Positions 8,846 through 17,894 of a stretch of 64,000 nt of DNA are shown here, piece after piece; position 1 is the first letter of the stretch; each line of letters starts with the position of its first letter. The notes beneath the pieces were generated by a model, which did not search any database, had not been told where the DNA came from, and was given only the letters and a program-made list of their open reading frames with translations. The stretch comes from Nitrospira sp. Lineage in GTDB: Bacteria; Nitrospirota; Nitrospiria; Nitrospirales; Nitrospiraceae. Both the position numbers and the translations under genes were made by a program. The DNA is taken from the NCBI GenBank assembly GCA_047150005.1, contig AP038806.1, positions 288,001-352,000 of the forward strand, in the 5' to 3' direction.

Positions 8846-9592
8846 CTATCTTTCTTCTGGCGGAATAGCGTTTGACCGGCGGCTCAATACAATCAACGCG
8901 CCGACCGTGAGGATCAGCAGCCAAAGGGTGGGCCGCCCATAGGAGGGATCGGAGAATTCAATCAGATCGGTGAGGCGGCCAATCAGGAGCGACATGCGGG
9001 CCATGACCGTATAGCCGAAGGCCGCGCCGAATGAGATCATCAAGAAGAGCATGCCGGTTCTGGCGACGACCTTGCCCGGGCCGCTGTGCTCGATCGAGAA
9101 GAAGAAGTAAAAGAGCACGGAACTCACCCCGATCAGGATGATGATCGCATTCAGATTGCTGGCGGGATTCAGCAGGTTCATCGAGAACGTGACATCGCCG
9201 CCGACCAGTGAGAGCAAGGGCCTGACCGTATCCTCGATCTGTTTCAGGATGAACGACGAAATCGTGCGCGGGATCGCCAGGCCCGTTCCGACCCCCACGA
9301 TGAACGCGAATGCATAGCGCGACATCCAGGCCGCCTTCGGCGCGTAGCGGGTGAGCATCGAAAGCCCGATCGCGACCGGAATCAACAGCGCGACGTCGCC
9401 CTGCTCGACAATCGGTTTGACGATCAGATGCACAACGACCGTGTCGTAGGCCTTCACGATCGTGTAGCCGACCGAGACGCCGACATACAGATGCTCCGCC
9501 AATTTGAAGAGCGGGTTATCCTTATAGAGAAAGGAAAAAATGAAGAGGGTCAGCCCCGTCGCGACCCAGGCGCCGAGTATTGTTGCATCCAT
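8846..9592 (-). CDS. conserved multi-pass membrane protein (GlmL-like operon)
   Basis: ~7 TM; SFLYKDNPLFKLAEHLYVG and GAAFGYTVMARMSLL; likely start MDATILG at 9592. Confidence 0.8.
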   Translation of the reverse strand: MDATILGAWVATGLTLFIFSFLYKDNPLFKLAEHLYVGVSVGYTIVKAYDTVVVHLIVKPIVEQGDVALLIPVAIGLSMLTRYAPKAAWMSRYAFAFIVGVGTGLAIPRTISSFILKQIEDTVRPLLSLVGGDVTFSMNLLNPASNLNAIIILIGVSSVLFYFFFSIEHSGPGKVVARTGMLFLMISFGAAFGYTVMARMSLLIGRLTDLIEFSDPSYGRPTLWLLILTVGALIVLSRRSNAIPPEER

Positions 9593-9602
9593 AGGAAAGA
9601 GG

Positions 9603-9650
9603 CCCCTCACCCTCCCCTCACCCTCCCCTCTCCCCAGATGGGGCGAGGGA
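9603..9650. repeat. REP-like hairpin with tandem CCCCTCACCCT
   Basis: CCCTCTCCCC-AGAT-GGGGCGAGGG stem-loop in the intergenic gap. Confidence 0.6.
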
Positions 9651-9662
9651 AATGCGATCAAT

Positions 9663-10490
9663 CTAACCCTGTTTCGTCTGCCGCAACGAGAAATAGAACA
9701 GGTTGCACATGATGACGAGTACGATAATCGCCATGTGCGTGGCCGATTGCGCGTCCATCCCGGCCACAGCCCGTCCCTTTTGGCCGATCAAGCTTTCGTA
9801 TTCCGCTGCCCCGCGCAGACCGCCGATCAAGCCGTTGATCTGCCCGCTCCGCAGCAAGGGATAGAGCCCCGGCGCCATCACACCCGTGCAGCCGCCGCCC
9901 AATTCGAACTTGTATTTGTCTTTGCCGAACACATACCAGGCTTCCACGCCGGGATTGCCCGCTCCGAGGCTGACGGCATAACTCACGTCCTTCAAACTCT
10001 GCACCCCTTCCAACACCGGGAGACCCTTCGTCGCCTTGCCTCCGTAGTCGCTCGGGAATGCCTGATACAGATCCTGTCCCATGTTGATGATGACGGCGCT
10101 CCCGCCGGGGCTCCACCCGAGAAACACGTAGTCCGTCCCGTTTTCTTTTCCGAGCTCGTGGGAGACCTGGCTGATGATTTGGTCGGCCAAGCCAGTGCCG
10201 GTCACCCAGAGCGTCATCGCCACGACGCGGAGATTCTTCCTGAAGGCGTGACGAAGCAAGGCGATCGCCTGCGGATGCAGCTCCGGCTTTGAGGCCGGAT
10301 CAAAATCGAGCGACAGCAGCAGCACCGACCGCTCGGGCAAGCCTTCGACGTAATCGTAGACGCTCCGGACCTCGGACGAGATCCGGATCGGCAGCCCGAC
10401 CGGGTACAGCAACGGCAAAAGCGTACAGAGGCCGATCACCAGAAAGATGATCCGCCGATCGATGCGCAACATGCGCTCAGCGAAAGTCAC
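9663..10490 (-). CDS. membrane-anchored hypothetical protein (GlmL-like operon)
   Basis: N- and C-terminal TM around an alpha/beta domain; GLRGAAEYE motif; GTG start with AGGAG RBS. Confidence 0.8.
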   Translation of the reverse strand: MTFAERMLRIDRRIIFLVIGLCTLLPLLYPVGLPIRISSEVRSVYDYVEGLPERSVLLLSLDFDPASKPELHPQAIALLRHAFRKNLRVVAMTLWVTGTGLADQIISQVSHELGKENGTDYVFLGWSPGGSAVIINMGQDLYQAFPSDYGGKATKGLPVLEGVQSLKDVSYAVSLGAGNPGVEAWYVFGKDKYKFELGGGCTGVMAPGLYPLLRSGQINGLIGGLRGAAEYESLIGQKGRAVAGMDAQSATHMAIIVLVIMCNLFYFSLRQTKQG

Positions 10491-10510
10491 AATGTCGCTC
10501 CTACGTCGCG

Positions 10511-10587
10511 TAGCAATCAGCTCTCAGCTATCAGCAGTCAGCTCATCCGACGTCATCAAGCAGCTGAACGCTGATGGCTGAATGCTA
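10511..10587. repeat. inverted heptamer tandem repeats (TCAGCNN)n / (NNGCTGA)n
   Basis: TAGCAATCAGCTCTCAGCTATCAGCAGTCAGCT ... AGCTGAACGCTGATGGCTGAATGCTA. Confidence 0.7.
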
Positions 10588-10597
10588 ACAGCTCGCA

Positions 10598-11248
10598 TTA
10601 TTCTTTTCCCCCGCCAAGATACGACCGTTCGACGCCGAAGATGATTTTGAACGAAAGCGCCACCGCGCCCAAGCTCACGCCGATCAAGATGGCGCGGCGC
10701 ACGGACGCGTTCAGGACGTTCAAAATCCACGACGACACATCCCCGCTCAACGGAATCAGATACTCGCCCAGCGGCACGCGCCCCATCATGACGATGACCG
10801 CCGCAATCAACAGCACGGCCGCCTCGCGGCTTCTCGCTCGAAACGACCGGTACGCGGCCGAGGCGATGAAAAATGCCAGAATGGCAAACATGGTCCCTTG
10901 CAGCGGCACCAACATGAAGGAATAGATCCAGCCGAACGCCGTCATGGCGCCCTCGATGCTCTCCTTCCCGTTCACCCACAGCCCCGCGGCGATCGTGCCC
11001 AGCATGCCGGCGTACAGGACGACGCTGTAGCCCCATCCCGCTTCCTGCCGTCGGATCTTGGCCGCATGCTGCTGGAAGAGACTGGTCACGCCCAAGACCA
11101 GCGCGAAGCCGCCGATGATCTGGAGCCACTTCGTGACCGAGGTCAGCATCAGTTCCGAGGCCGGATGCGGGACATAGTATTGTCCGGCGAACAGCAATCC
11201 GGTGATCATCGTGATCAGGAGCGGCAGCCGGCGTCGAAGAAAAATCAT
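10598..11248 (-). CDS. conserved multi-pass membrane protein (GlmL-like operon)
   Basis: ~6 TM; PLQGTMFAILAFFIASAAYRSFR motif; ATGA overlap with the upstream gene. Confidence 0.82.
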   Translation of the reverse strand: MIFLRRRLPLLITMITGLLFAGQYYVPHPASELMLTSVTKWLQIIGGFALVLGVTSLFQQHAAKIRRQEAGWGYSVVLYAGMLGTIAAGLWVNGKESIEGAMTAFGWIYSFMLVPLQGTMFAILAFFIASAAYRSFRARSREAAVLLIAAVIVMMGRVPLGEYLIPLSGDVSSWILNVLNASVRRAILIGVSLGAVALSFKIIFGVERSYLGGGKE

Positions 11249-12546
11249 TTCAGGTCCTTAAACAGATCCAGAAATAGTTGAGGCCACTGCGCGCCGGTCG
11301 CCACGCCGATCGTGGCCAGTACGGTGCCGACCATGATGACGCTCAAGATGACCGCCTTCCCGATGTCCTGACCGCGCAACGTGCCGATCTGAATCGGCTC
11401 TTTCGAGAGGTAGGCGCTCGCGGCATACAGCTCTTCCCCGATCAGGGTGTAGTCGCAAGTCGTGACGAAGAAGGGCAGTTGGTGATCCGAGTCCGTCCCA
11501 GCGATCTGAATCGCGCCGGTGCTAGCGCCGGTCTCGGTCAAGAGCAGTGATTCGGCGAAATAGGCGCCCATGAAGAAGTTCGCCGCCGGTTTTTTCCGCA
11601 GCATAATCCCGTCCACCGCCGCGGTGTAGCTGAATTGGTCGGAGGTGATGAAAAAGTTCGCGTCTTCCTTGAAGAGATCTGGCTTACCCGCCTCCAAATA
11701 CGACTGTTTGGTGATTTCCTGGCAGACGGCCATTGTGATGGGATCGCGATGGGGCACCATCAATTCCGTTTCATAGGCTGCTGTGCGTTTGGCCACCCGG
11801 CCGAGGATGACCGCCGCGGCGATGGTAGACGGATCACTCATGTCGTGCGCGCCGGTCAGATAGAGAATCGGCTTGCCCAATTCTGTCGATCGCCCGATCG
11901 CTTCATCGACCGCATCGAGACCGGGAATGCGACGAAGAAAGATCTCATTGCGCTTCGCATGGCTGATCGTGTAGAAGACCAGCCCCCCGAACGCGAGCGC
12001 GAGGATCAAATTGTTGAGCTGATTCCAGTTAAACCAATTGGACGCCGGCGCGGCGGTGAGCAACGGGCTGACGGCTCGATCTTCTCCCTTCACCAACGCC
12101 ACGGCGACCGTATAGGAGACGGCGTTTCTGAGGTCGATGCCCTTCCCACTCCTGATCACAAACTGATGCGAGGTTCGATCCGCCGCTCTCGTCCACCAGG
12201 CCGTTTTGACGTCTTTGACCAAGCGGCTGTTGGCCGGAAATTCCGTGACGACTTTCAGCGACGCGGCATCCGTCACCGTCCCATCGCCGATCAAGACCTG
12301 ATAGCGGGCATCCGGGCTATCCGACGCGCTCGACGCCCAGACCAGGGTCAGACTTTCGCCGCCATCGTTGGGCGTGTCAAAGACCTGAACGTCTTGCGGC
12401 GCGCTCAGCGGCACTTGAGCCGATGCGACAACCGCTGTCGAGCTCAGTAGCCAAACGACTACCAGAGGTTCGACCCACCATGAGCGATCGCATTTCCGCC
12501 TTGGGCCGGACCTTTTACCCCTTACCCCTGACCCCTTACCCCTCAC
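11245..12546 (-). CDS. fibronectin type III-like plus DUF6754-like membrane protein
   Basis: Signal peptide, APQDVQV..LTLVW FN3-like domain, TM, RRIPGLDAVDEAIGRSTELG..TLIGEELYAASAYL; true start may lie downstream of 12546. Confidence 0.78.
   Translation of the reverse strand: MRGKGSGVRGKRSGPRRKCDRSWWVEPLVVVWLLSSTAVVASAQVPLSAPQDVQVFDTPNDGGESLTLVWASSASDSPDARYQVLIGDGTVTDAASLKVVTEFPANSRLVKDVKTAWWTRAADRTSHQFVIRSGKGIDLRNAVSYTVAVALVKGEDRAVSPLLTAAPASNWFNWNQLNNLILALAFGGLVFYTISHAKRNEIFLRRIPGLDAVDEAIGRSTELGKPILYLTGAHDMSDPSTIAAAVILGRVAKRTAAYETELMVPHRDPITMAVCQEITKQSYLEAGKPDLFKEDANFFITSDQFSYTAAVDGIMLRKKPAANFFMGAYFAESLLLTETGASTGAIQIAGTDSDHQLPFFVTTCDYTLIGEELYAASAYLSKEPIQIGTLRGQDIGKAVILSVIMVGTVLATIGVATGAQWPQLFLDLFKDLK
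12515..12546. repeat. heptamer tandem repeat (TTACCCC)n
   Basis: TTACCCCTTACCCCTGACCCCTTACCCCTCAC. Confidence 0.65.
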
Positions 12547-12551
12547 GTCCG

Positions 12552-13676
12552 CTACGCTCCTTCAATCACCTCGATATTCGTGCGAGGAATCACGGCACGC
12601 CCACCATCGGCGAATCGAACCTCCAGCACCCGCACCTCGCTCTCCGTCGGAATCTTGGTGAGATCGGACGGCAACGCGGACACTTCGCCGATTTTGCCGA
12701 ACAAGGGATCGCGGATGATGCGGACCGGATCGCCGAGCCTGATGCCCTCACGCTGAGCCTGTGCGGCGGTCGAGCCGACCGCTGCCTCTTGAGGAATGAT
12801 AATTTCCGGCCGCATCACCCCGGCCCTGATCTGTGTGGCCCCCGAGATCGAGGCCTTTTGGCCCGCATGGGCTGAGAGTAGCTTGAAGGTCTTGGCAGCC
12901 ATGGGAATCGTTCCGAATCCTTCCGTCAGGATCAATGTGAACCCCACCTGCTCGGTTCCCGTGATCGCCACGCCGAGGTCATAGCCGAGCAACGCGCGGA
13001 GATCTTTATCATGAATGCCGCCGACGACCAAGCCGGCGACTCCGCACTCCTTCGCCCTGGCCATCGCCTCCGCCGACAACAACGATCCGCCGATCACGAT
13101 CTTGCCTTTCATCTCCGGCGTGAACGATGCCGGCAGGAGCGGCTGGTCGGGCGACGGCACCGCCACAACGATCTCTCCCCATGTCTCCCCTCCGATCCCG
13201 AAGATGCCTTGCACGAGACTACAGGAAGCTTCGACCACGACGCCCTGCCGAGGTATGGTCTCGGCCACCGTACCGTCGATGTACGCCAACACATCGAGCC
13301 GGCGGGGCGGCTCGCGCAGCAACACCTGCCCGGTCACCGTCGACAGCGATTCGATCGTGCCGGTGATCGGCGACCTGATCTCCGTCTTGAACCATTTGAT
13401 GAGCGGCTTGTTCTCGGCCAGGATTTCGTCCTTCTGCACGAGGTCGCCCTCTTGCTTCACCAGATAGTCTTTGATTTCATCCGGCGCGATGCTCAGTTGA
13501 TTGGCCAGATTGACCGGATAGACCTTCCCCGGTAACTCCACGCGCGCCACGGCTTGATCAGCCCGTACGCGATCGCCGGGATTCACCGAGACGGTCCCCG
13601 GCAAGGGCAAGAGCCGGCGGCGGCGGACCACCGTGCGCTCCGTGACCGTCAAACCGGGGGTATACGAGTGAGCCAT
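12552..13676 (-). CDS. cytoplasmic protein with barrel-sandwich-hybrid repeats and C-terminal KOW/SH3-like domain
   Basis: V.PGDRV..DQ.VA and EGDLVQKDEILA..IRSPITGTI hybrid motifs; GDPVRIIRDPLFGKIGEV KOW-like motif. Confidence 0.8.
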   Translation of the reverse strand: MAHSYTPGLTVTERTVVRRRRLLPLPGTVSVNPGDRVRADQAVARVELPGKVYPVNLANQLSIAPDEIKDYLVKQEGDLVQKDEILAENKPLIKWFKTEIRSPITGTIESLSTVTGQVLLREPPRRLDVLAYIDGTVAETIPRQGVVVEASCSLVQGIFGIGGETWGEIVVAVPSPDQPLLPASFTPEMKGKIVIGGSLLSAEAMARAKECGVAGLVVGGIHDKDLRALLGYDLGVAITGTEQVGFTLILTEGFGTIPMAAKTFKLLSAHAGQKASISGATQIRAGVMRPEIIIPQEAAVGSTAAQAQREGIRLGDPVRIIRDPLFGKIGEVSALPSDLTKIPTESEVRVLEVRFADGGRAVIPRTNIEVIEGA

Positions 13677-13682
13677 AAGAAC

Positions 13683-13757
13683 AATGTTGAATTTTTAATG
13701 TTGAATGTTGAATTGGACCTCAGACAATTAAACATTGAGCATTCAACATTACACATT
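13683..13757. repeat. inverted heptamer tandem repeats (AATGTTG)n / (CAACATT)n
   Basis: AT-rich hairpin-forming arms; the upstream gene's TAA lies in the right arm. Confidence 0.7.
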
Positions 13758-15584
13758 CGCCGTTGGATATAATCCAACGGCGCTAAACCATTTCGTCAGC
13801 GCCGCCACGCGAGCGGCCTGTTCGATCGGCAACCGCAACGGCCGGCCGCGTCCATCCAGCAGCAACCCGACTGCACCGCCTTGCACATCGCGCGTCACCG
13901 GCACATCGGCGCCGTGCCCAAGATCGATCGATTTCGCCGGTGTGATTGTGATCCTGGCTTGCTGATCCATCGCCAGGGAATAGACACGCAGATCACCCAT
14001 GTTCAGCCGATCCTTCACCACCTTGCCGTCGGAGAACCCGATCTCGTAATCGGCCAATCGCTCGCCCTCTTTCACTTGCCCGATCGGCGCGATGCAGGTC
14101 CCTAGATAGACCATGCAATCGCGCACGAAGACATCGGTCGCCGCCTGTTCGTCGATCGTCGAGAGCACGCCCAGATGCGGCATCATGAAAATGCTGTCCA
14201 CGGAAAGCCTGGTGAACCCCAGCGGCTCATAGGCATCGACCATCATCAGCATCGATTGCATGCGGCGCGGCGCGTGCGAGAGGATGCCGCCGCTCCCGAC
14301 GATCAAATCGAGCGCGAGCATATCGACGAGACTCTTGCCGGAGGTTTGCTGCTCGAACACATCGGAGATCGTCCGCTCCTGCTGTACCCCTTTCAATCCC
14401 GTCGCCAGCGACTTGTGATGGATCAGCGCCAATCGCAGCGCCTCGCGGGAGATCGCGTGCTCGATCTGCAATTCATCGAGCGTCTGCGGAATCGTCGTGG
14501 GGCGGATCATCTTGTTCTTGATACGATTGCGCAACGTCTGCTCGTCGATGGTGAAGGGCACCCAGCGCATGATGTTGGCCAAGCCCGCCTCCGCCAGCAC
14601 GTTCGAAATGCTGTAGGACATGCCGAGGTTCGCGCTGACGGTCCGATTGAAGACACCGTGAAAGACGGAGAAGACGTCCGTGGTCGCACCTCCGATATCG
14701 ACGCCGATCAAATTGAGGCGCTCCCGCTTGGCGATCGTCTCCATGATGACGCCGACCGCCGCGGGCGTGGGCATGATCGGGGCGCCTGCCATGTCGATGA
14801 GCTTCTTGTACCCGGGCGCCTGCTGCATGACGTGTTCAAGAAACAGGTCGTGAATTTTGTTGCGCGCCGGCGCCAAGTTTTCCTTTTCCAGCGCCGGCCG
14901 GATGTTCTCCGTGACCTCCAACGCGGTTTTGTCGCCGAGGATCTTCTTCACTTGCGGCTGGGCGTCTCTGTTGCCGGCATAGATGAGCGGCAACTTGTAG
15001 GTCGCGCCGAAACGCGGCCTGGGTTCCGCCGCCGCCACGTACTCGGCCATTTCCACCACGTGCGTGACCGCACCGCCGTCCGTACCGCCCGACATCAGGA
15101 TCATGTCGGGCCGCATCGACCGGATGCGGTCGATCTTTTCGTGCGGCAGCCTCCCATCGTTCGAGGCCAGCGCGTCGATCACGATCGCTCCGGCGCCGAG
15201 CGCCGCGCGTTGCGCGCTTTCACCCGTCATGTTCTGCACGACGCCGGTCACCATCATCTGCAACCCGCCGCCCGCGCTGCTGGTCGAGATGTAGAGATCG
15301 ACGCCGGTCTTGGCGTCGCGGCACGGTGTGATGATCCTGTCGCCGTCGAGAATTTTGCGGCCGGAGCGTTCTTCGATTTCGGCAATGGCGTTCAACACGC
15401 CGCGTGTCACGTCTTCGAACGGGGCCTCGACCGTGGTCGGCGCCTCGCCGCGATAGGTTTGACGATAGGCATCGCCGACTTTTTCGATGAGGATGGCCTT
15501 CGTCGTCGTGCTCCCGCAATCGGTGGCGACGATGACGTTGAGAGGGCGATCGATCTTGGGCGGGCTGGATGCGGAACCGGTCAT
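13749..15584 (-). CDS. glmL: GlmL/MutL-like (glutamate mutase reactivase family) ASKHA ATPase
   Basis: TDCGSTTTK, SSAGGGL, GGTDGG, PTP.AV, GVDIGGATTDVFS and GSGG motifs. Confidence 0.82.
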   Translation of the reverse strand: MTGSASSPPKIDRPLNVIVATDCGSTTTKAILIEKVGDAYRQTYRGEAPTTVEAPFEDVTRGVLNAIAEIEERSGRKILDGDRIITPCRDAKTGVDLYISTSSAGGGLQMMVTGVVQNMTGESAQRAALGAGAIVIDALASNDGRLPHEKIDRIRSMRPDMILMSGGTDGGAVTHVVEMAEYVAAAEPRPRFGATYKLPLIYAGNRDAQPQVKKILGDKTALEVTENIRPALEKENLAPARNKIHDLFLEHVMQQAPGYKKLIDMAGAPIMPTPAAVGVIMETIAKRERLNLIGVDIGGATTDVFSVFHGVFNRTVSANLGMSYSISNVLAEAGLANIMRWVPFTIDEQTLRNRIKNKMIRPTTIPQTLDELQIEHAISREALRLALIHHKSLATGLKGVQQERTISDVFEQQTSGKSLVDMLALDLIVGSGGILSHAPRRMQSMLMMVDAYEPLGFTRLSVDSIFMMPHLGVLSTIDEQAATDVFVRDCMVYLGTCIAPIGQVKEGERLADYEIGFSDGKVVKDRLNMGDLRVYSLAMDQQARITITPAKSIDLGHGADVPVTRDVQGGAVGLLLDGRGRPLRLPIEQAARVAALTKWFSAVGLYPTANV

Positions 15585-15952
15585 TGAGCCGATGCCCTCG
15601 CCGCGGCGGCCTTGGCCTCGATGAGCGCGATGAGACGGGAGCCGATGTCGCGGCGTTCAAGCAGTCGAGCGACCTGCTCGACTTCGCCGGCCTTGAAGGC
15701 ACACTCGATGATGGGGGCAAGAAAATGGAGGGCTTGGCTTCCCAGGAAATTCATCGGTCCCATGGATTCCAGGAAAACCGTCGCCGGAGCCGCCATGCCA
15801 CGCTTGACGATCGCTTCGGCCACCCGCTCCATCAATTGGACATCTTCGATCGAGAGGCGCTCCGAGGCGGATTGGGTCGCAAAGGCGTGCTTCAAGCCAG
15901 TCCGGATGTCCCTGAGTCTTTTCGTGAGGTGTTCCTTGGACAGGGAGCGCAT
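15581..15952 (-). CDS. small hypothetical protein (first gene of the GlmL-like operon)
   Basis: IVKRGMAAPA.VFLESMGPMNFLGSQ; ATGA overlap with the ATPase gene. Confidence 0.75.
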   Translation of the reverse strand: MRSLSKEHLTKRLRDIRTGLKHAFATQSASERLSIEDVQLMERVAEAIVKRGMAAPATVFLESMGPMNFLGSQALHFLAPIIECAFKAGEVEQVARLLERRDIGSRLIALIEAKAAAARASAQ

Positions 15953-16093
15953 AAATGGAGGTCAGACCGAACCAAAACCGAAGCTGGTTCGCATTATATG
16001 GATGGGGTGAAAGAGAGTCAATTCAAGCCGATGGTCATCCAACGGGGGAGAAGCCGGATTTCGCATGTGGGGTGAACCCGCCTTGCCTTTAAG

Positions 16094-16450
16094 TTGTGGG
16101 TCAATTGCAGAATAGGTTTACTCTGTGTCCTGTTTGCCTTGATCCTCGCCGCGCTTCTGGCATGGCTCTCCTTTAGTGCAGCGAGCATCGGAGGGATGTG
16201 TCTCGCAGGAGTCTTCGGCCTTGTGGGGCTCCTGCCGGTTGCGCCTCTGCCCAACGGGCTTGTGTTGATGAGCGCGATCACGCTCTCGCTGGCGCTGGCA
16301 GAATTTACGACGGGAATGGTCGGCCAGTCACGCGCGCGCACAACCAACGGTTCCTCGTGGGATTCATCAAGGCGGACGAGGGCTGGTTCTCCGGCACATT
16401 CTCCAACTAGAAAATCATCGACCGGCTGGCGGGAATGGGCATTGAGGTGA
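16094..16450 (+). CDS. possible hydrophobic hypothetical protein or gene fragment
   Basis: Three hydrophobic stretches followed by a low-quality tail. Confidence 0.3.
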   Translation: MWVNCRIGLLCVLFALILAALLAWLSFSAASIGGMCLAGVFGLVGLLPVAPLPNGLVLMSAITLSLALAEFTTGMVGQSRARTTNGSSWDSSRRTRAGSPAHSPTRKSSTGWREWALR

Positions 16451-16593
16451 TTGATTTGACGCTTGCCCCGGATACCGGAAGGTTGCAAGGGAGCACTACA
16501 TCCACCGTCTTGATCGACACCCTTCAGCGGAGGCGAACGAGGCTCGCGCCCTCTTGATCAAGCGCTATGTGACCAAAGAGCCATCTCCCTGAG

Positions 16594-17205
16594 TTACGCC
16601 GTCGCCTTCTTTTCGCCTATCTTGTTTTCGGTTCCCCTCCACAGCCTGACGATATTGTCTTTGTGCCTGATCCAGATCAGAGTACTGACGAGGATGGCGA
16701 AGATGAGAAACTCCTGTCGCTGCTCGTTCACGATCGCGACCACCGGAAACACGCCAAACGCGGCCAGCGCACCCCCAGAAGAGTATCGCCAGATCGCAAC
16801 TGCTCCCAACCAAATGAGGAGCAGGAGCAACCCCATCGAAGGTGACAGACCCAACACCGATCCCAACGCCGTCGCCACGCCCTTGCCGCCCTTGAAATTC
16901 AGAAAGGGCGAGACCATATGACCGAGAATCGGGGACAAGGCCACGACCATGATGTAGGATTCCACGGTCAGCCACTGCATCGCGCCCCATCCCATCACCC
17001 AACCTTTTCCCATGTCTCCCAGGAGTGTGAGAATGCCGGCCTTCGCGCCTGAGACGCGCAGCACATTGGTGAATCCGACGTTCTTGCTTCCCACCGTGCG
17101 GGGATCCGGCAGAGAAAGAGCCTCGGACACCACCACCCCGAACGGGATGGCGCCCAGCACGTAACCGAACGCTGTCATCAGCGCACAGAGGAATTCTTCT
17201 GCCAT
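16594..17205 (-). CDS. plsY: glycerol-3-phosphate 1-O-acyltransferase PlsY
   Basis: YVLGAIPFG, GSKNVGFTNVLR, FKGGKGVAT, HKDNI.RL. Confidence 0.95.
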   Translation of the reverse strand: MAEEFLCALMTAFGYVLGAIPFGVVVSEALSLPDPRTVGSKNVGFTNVLRVSGAKAGILTLLGDMGKGWVMGWGAMQWLTVESYIMVVALSPILGHMVSPFLNFKGGKGVATALGSVLGLSPSMGLLLLLIWLGAVAIWRYSSGGALAAFGVFPVVAIVNEQRQEFLIFAILVSTLIWIRHKDNIVRLWRGTENKIGEKKATA

Positions 17206-17248
17206 GGGTCGGGGATGATGAAGGAGATGCGCATAAACCGGAGTACGG

Positions 17249-17845
17249 CTAGAGTCCCTTGGCGACGACTTGTTTCCAAAAACTCAGGACATACTGGCCG
17301 CCGGAGACATATCCCAGCACAAGCGAGAGATACAACGTCACGATCCCGGCCAAATGGAGGTTCCCCCATTCTGAGACCTCGGTACCTTCCAAAATCAGCA
17401 TCGTGATCGCTACGACCTGGAGCGCCATCTTGTATTTTCCGGTGGTCTCCGCACTGATGATCATCCCCTCGCCTGCCGCGATGGCGCGAATACCCGTCAC
17501 CGCCACTTCCCGTGCGATGACCAAAATGGCCACGAGCGCACTGACACGATCCACGTTGACGAGAAGGATCAGGGCGGAGAGCACGAGCAACTTGTCGGCA
17601 ATGGGATCGAGCAACTTGCCCAGTCTGGTGACCTGCCCGGTCCGCCGTGCCACATAGCCGTCCAGCAAATCGGTCATCGCCGCGACCACAAAGATCACCG
17701 CCGCGCTCAGAGATCGGTCTTCGGTCGGAGTGATGAACAGCAGGACAAAAACAGGAATCAGCAGGATGCGGAACAGGGTGATGAAATTCGGCAGGTTGAG
17801 GGACTCCTGGCCGACGGCTCTCCACATCTCGACGACACGATTCAT
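17249..17845 (-). CDS. pgsA: CDP-diacylglycerol--glycerol-3-phosphate 3-phosphatidyltransferase
   Basis: NLPNFIT..R, TDLLDGYVAR..GKLLDPIADK. Confidence 0.95.
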   Translation of the reverse strand: MNRVVEMWRAVGQESLNLPNFITLFRILLIPVFVLLFITPTEDRSLSAAVIFVVAAMTDLLDGYVARRTGQVTRLGKLLDPIADKLLVLSALILLVNVDRVSALVAILVIAREVAVTGIRAIAAGEGMIISAETTGKYKMALQVVAITMLILEGTEVSEWGNLHLAGIVTLYLSLVLGYVSGGQYVLSFWKQVVAKGL

Positions 17846-17894
17846 AATTCAGCATCCTGAGGGCAGGCGCCCTCTTCAAGATCAACGAAACCGT

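Noticed and set aside
13749..15584. Glutamate fermentation (methylaspartate) pathway, or DNA-repair MutL
   Set aside because: No glutamate mutase or methylaspartase genes are present, and the motifs are ASKHA-type rather than GHKL-type.
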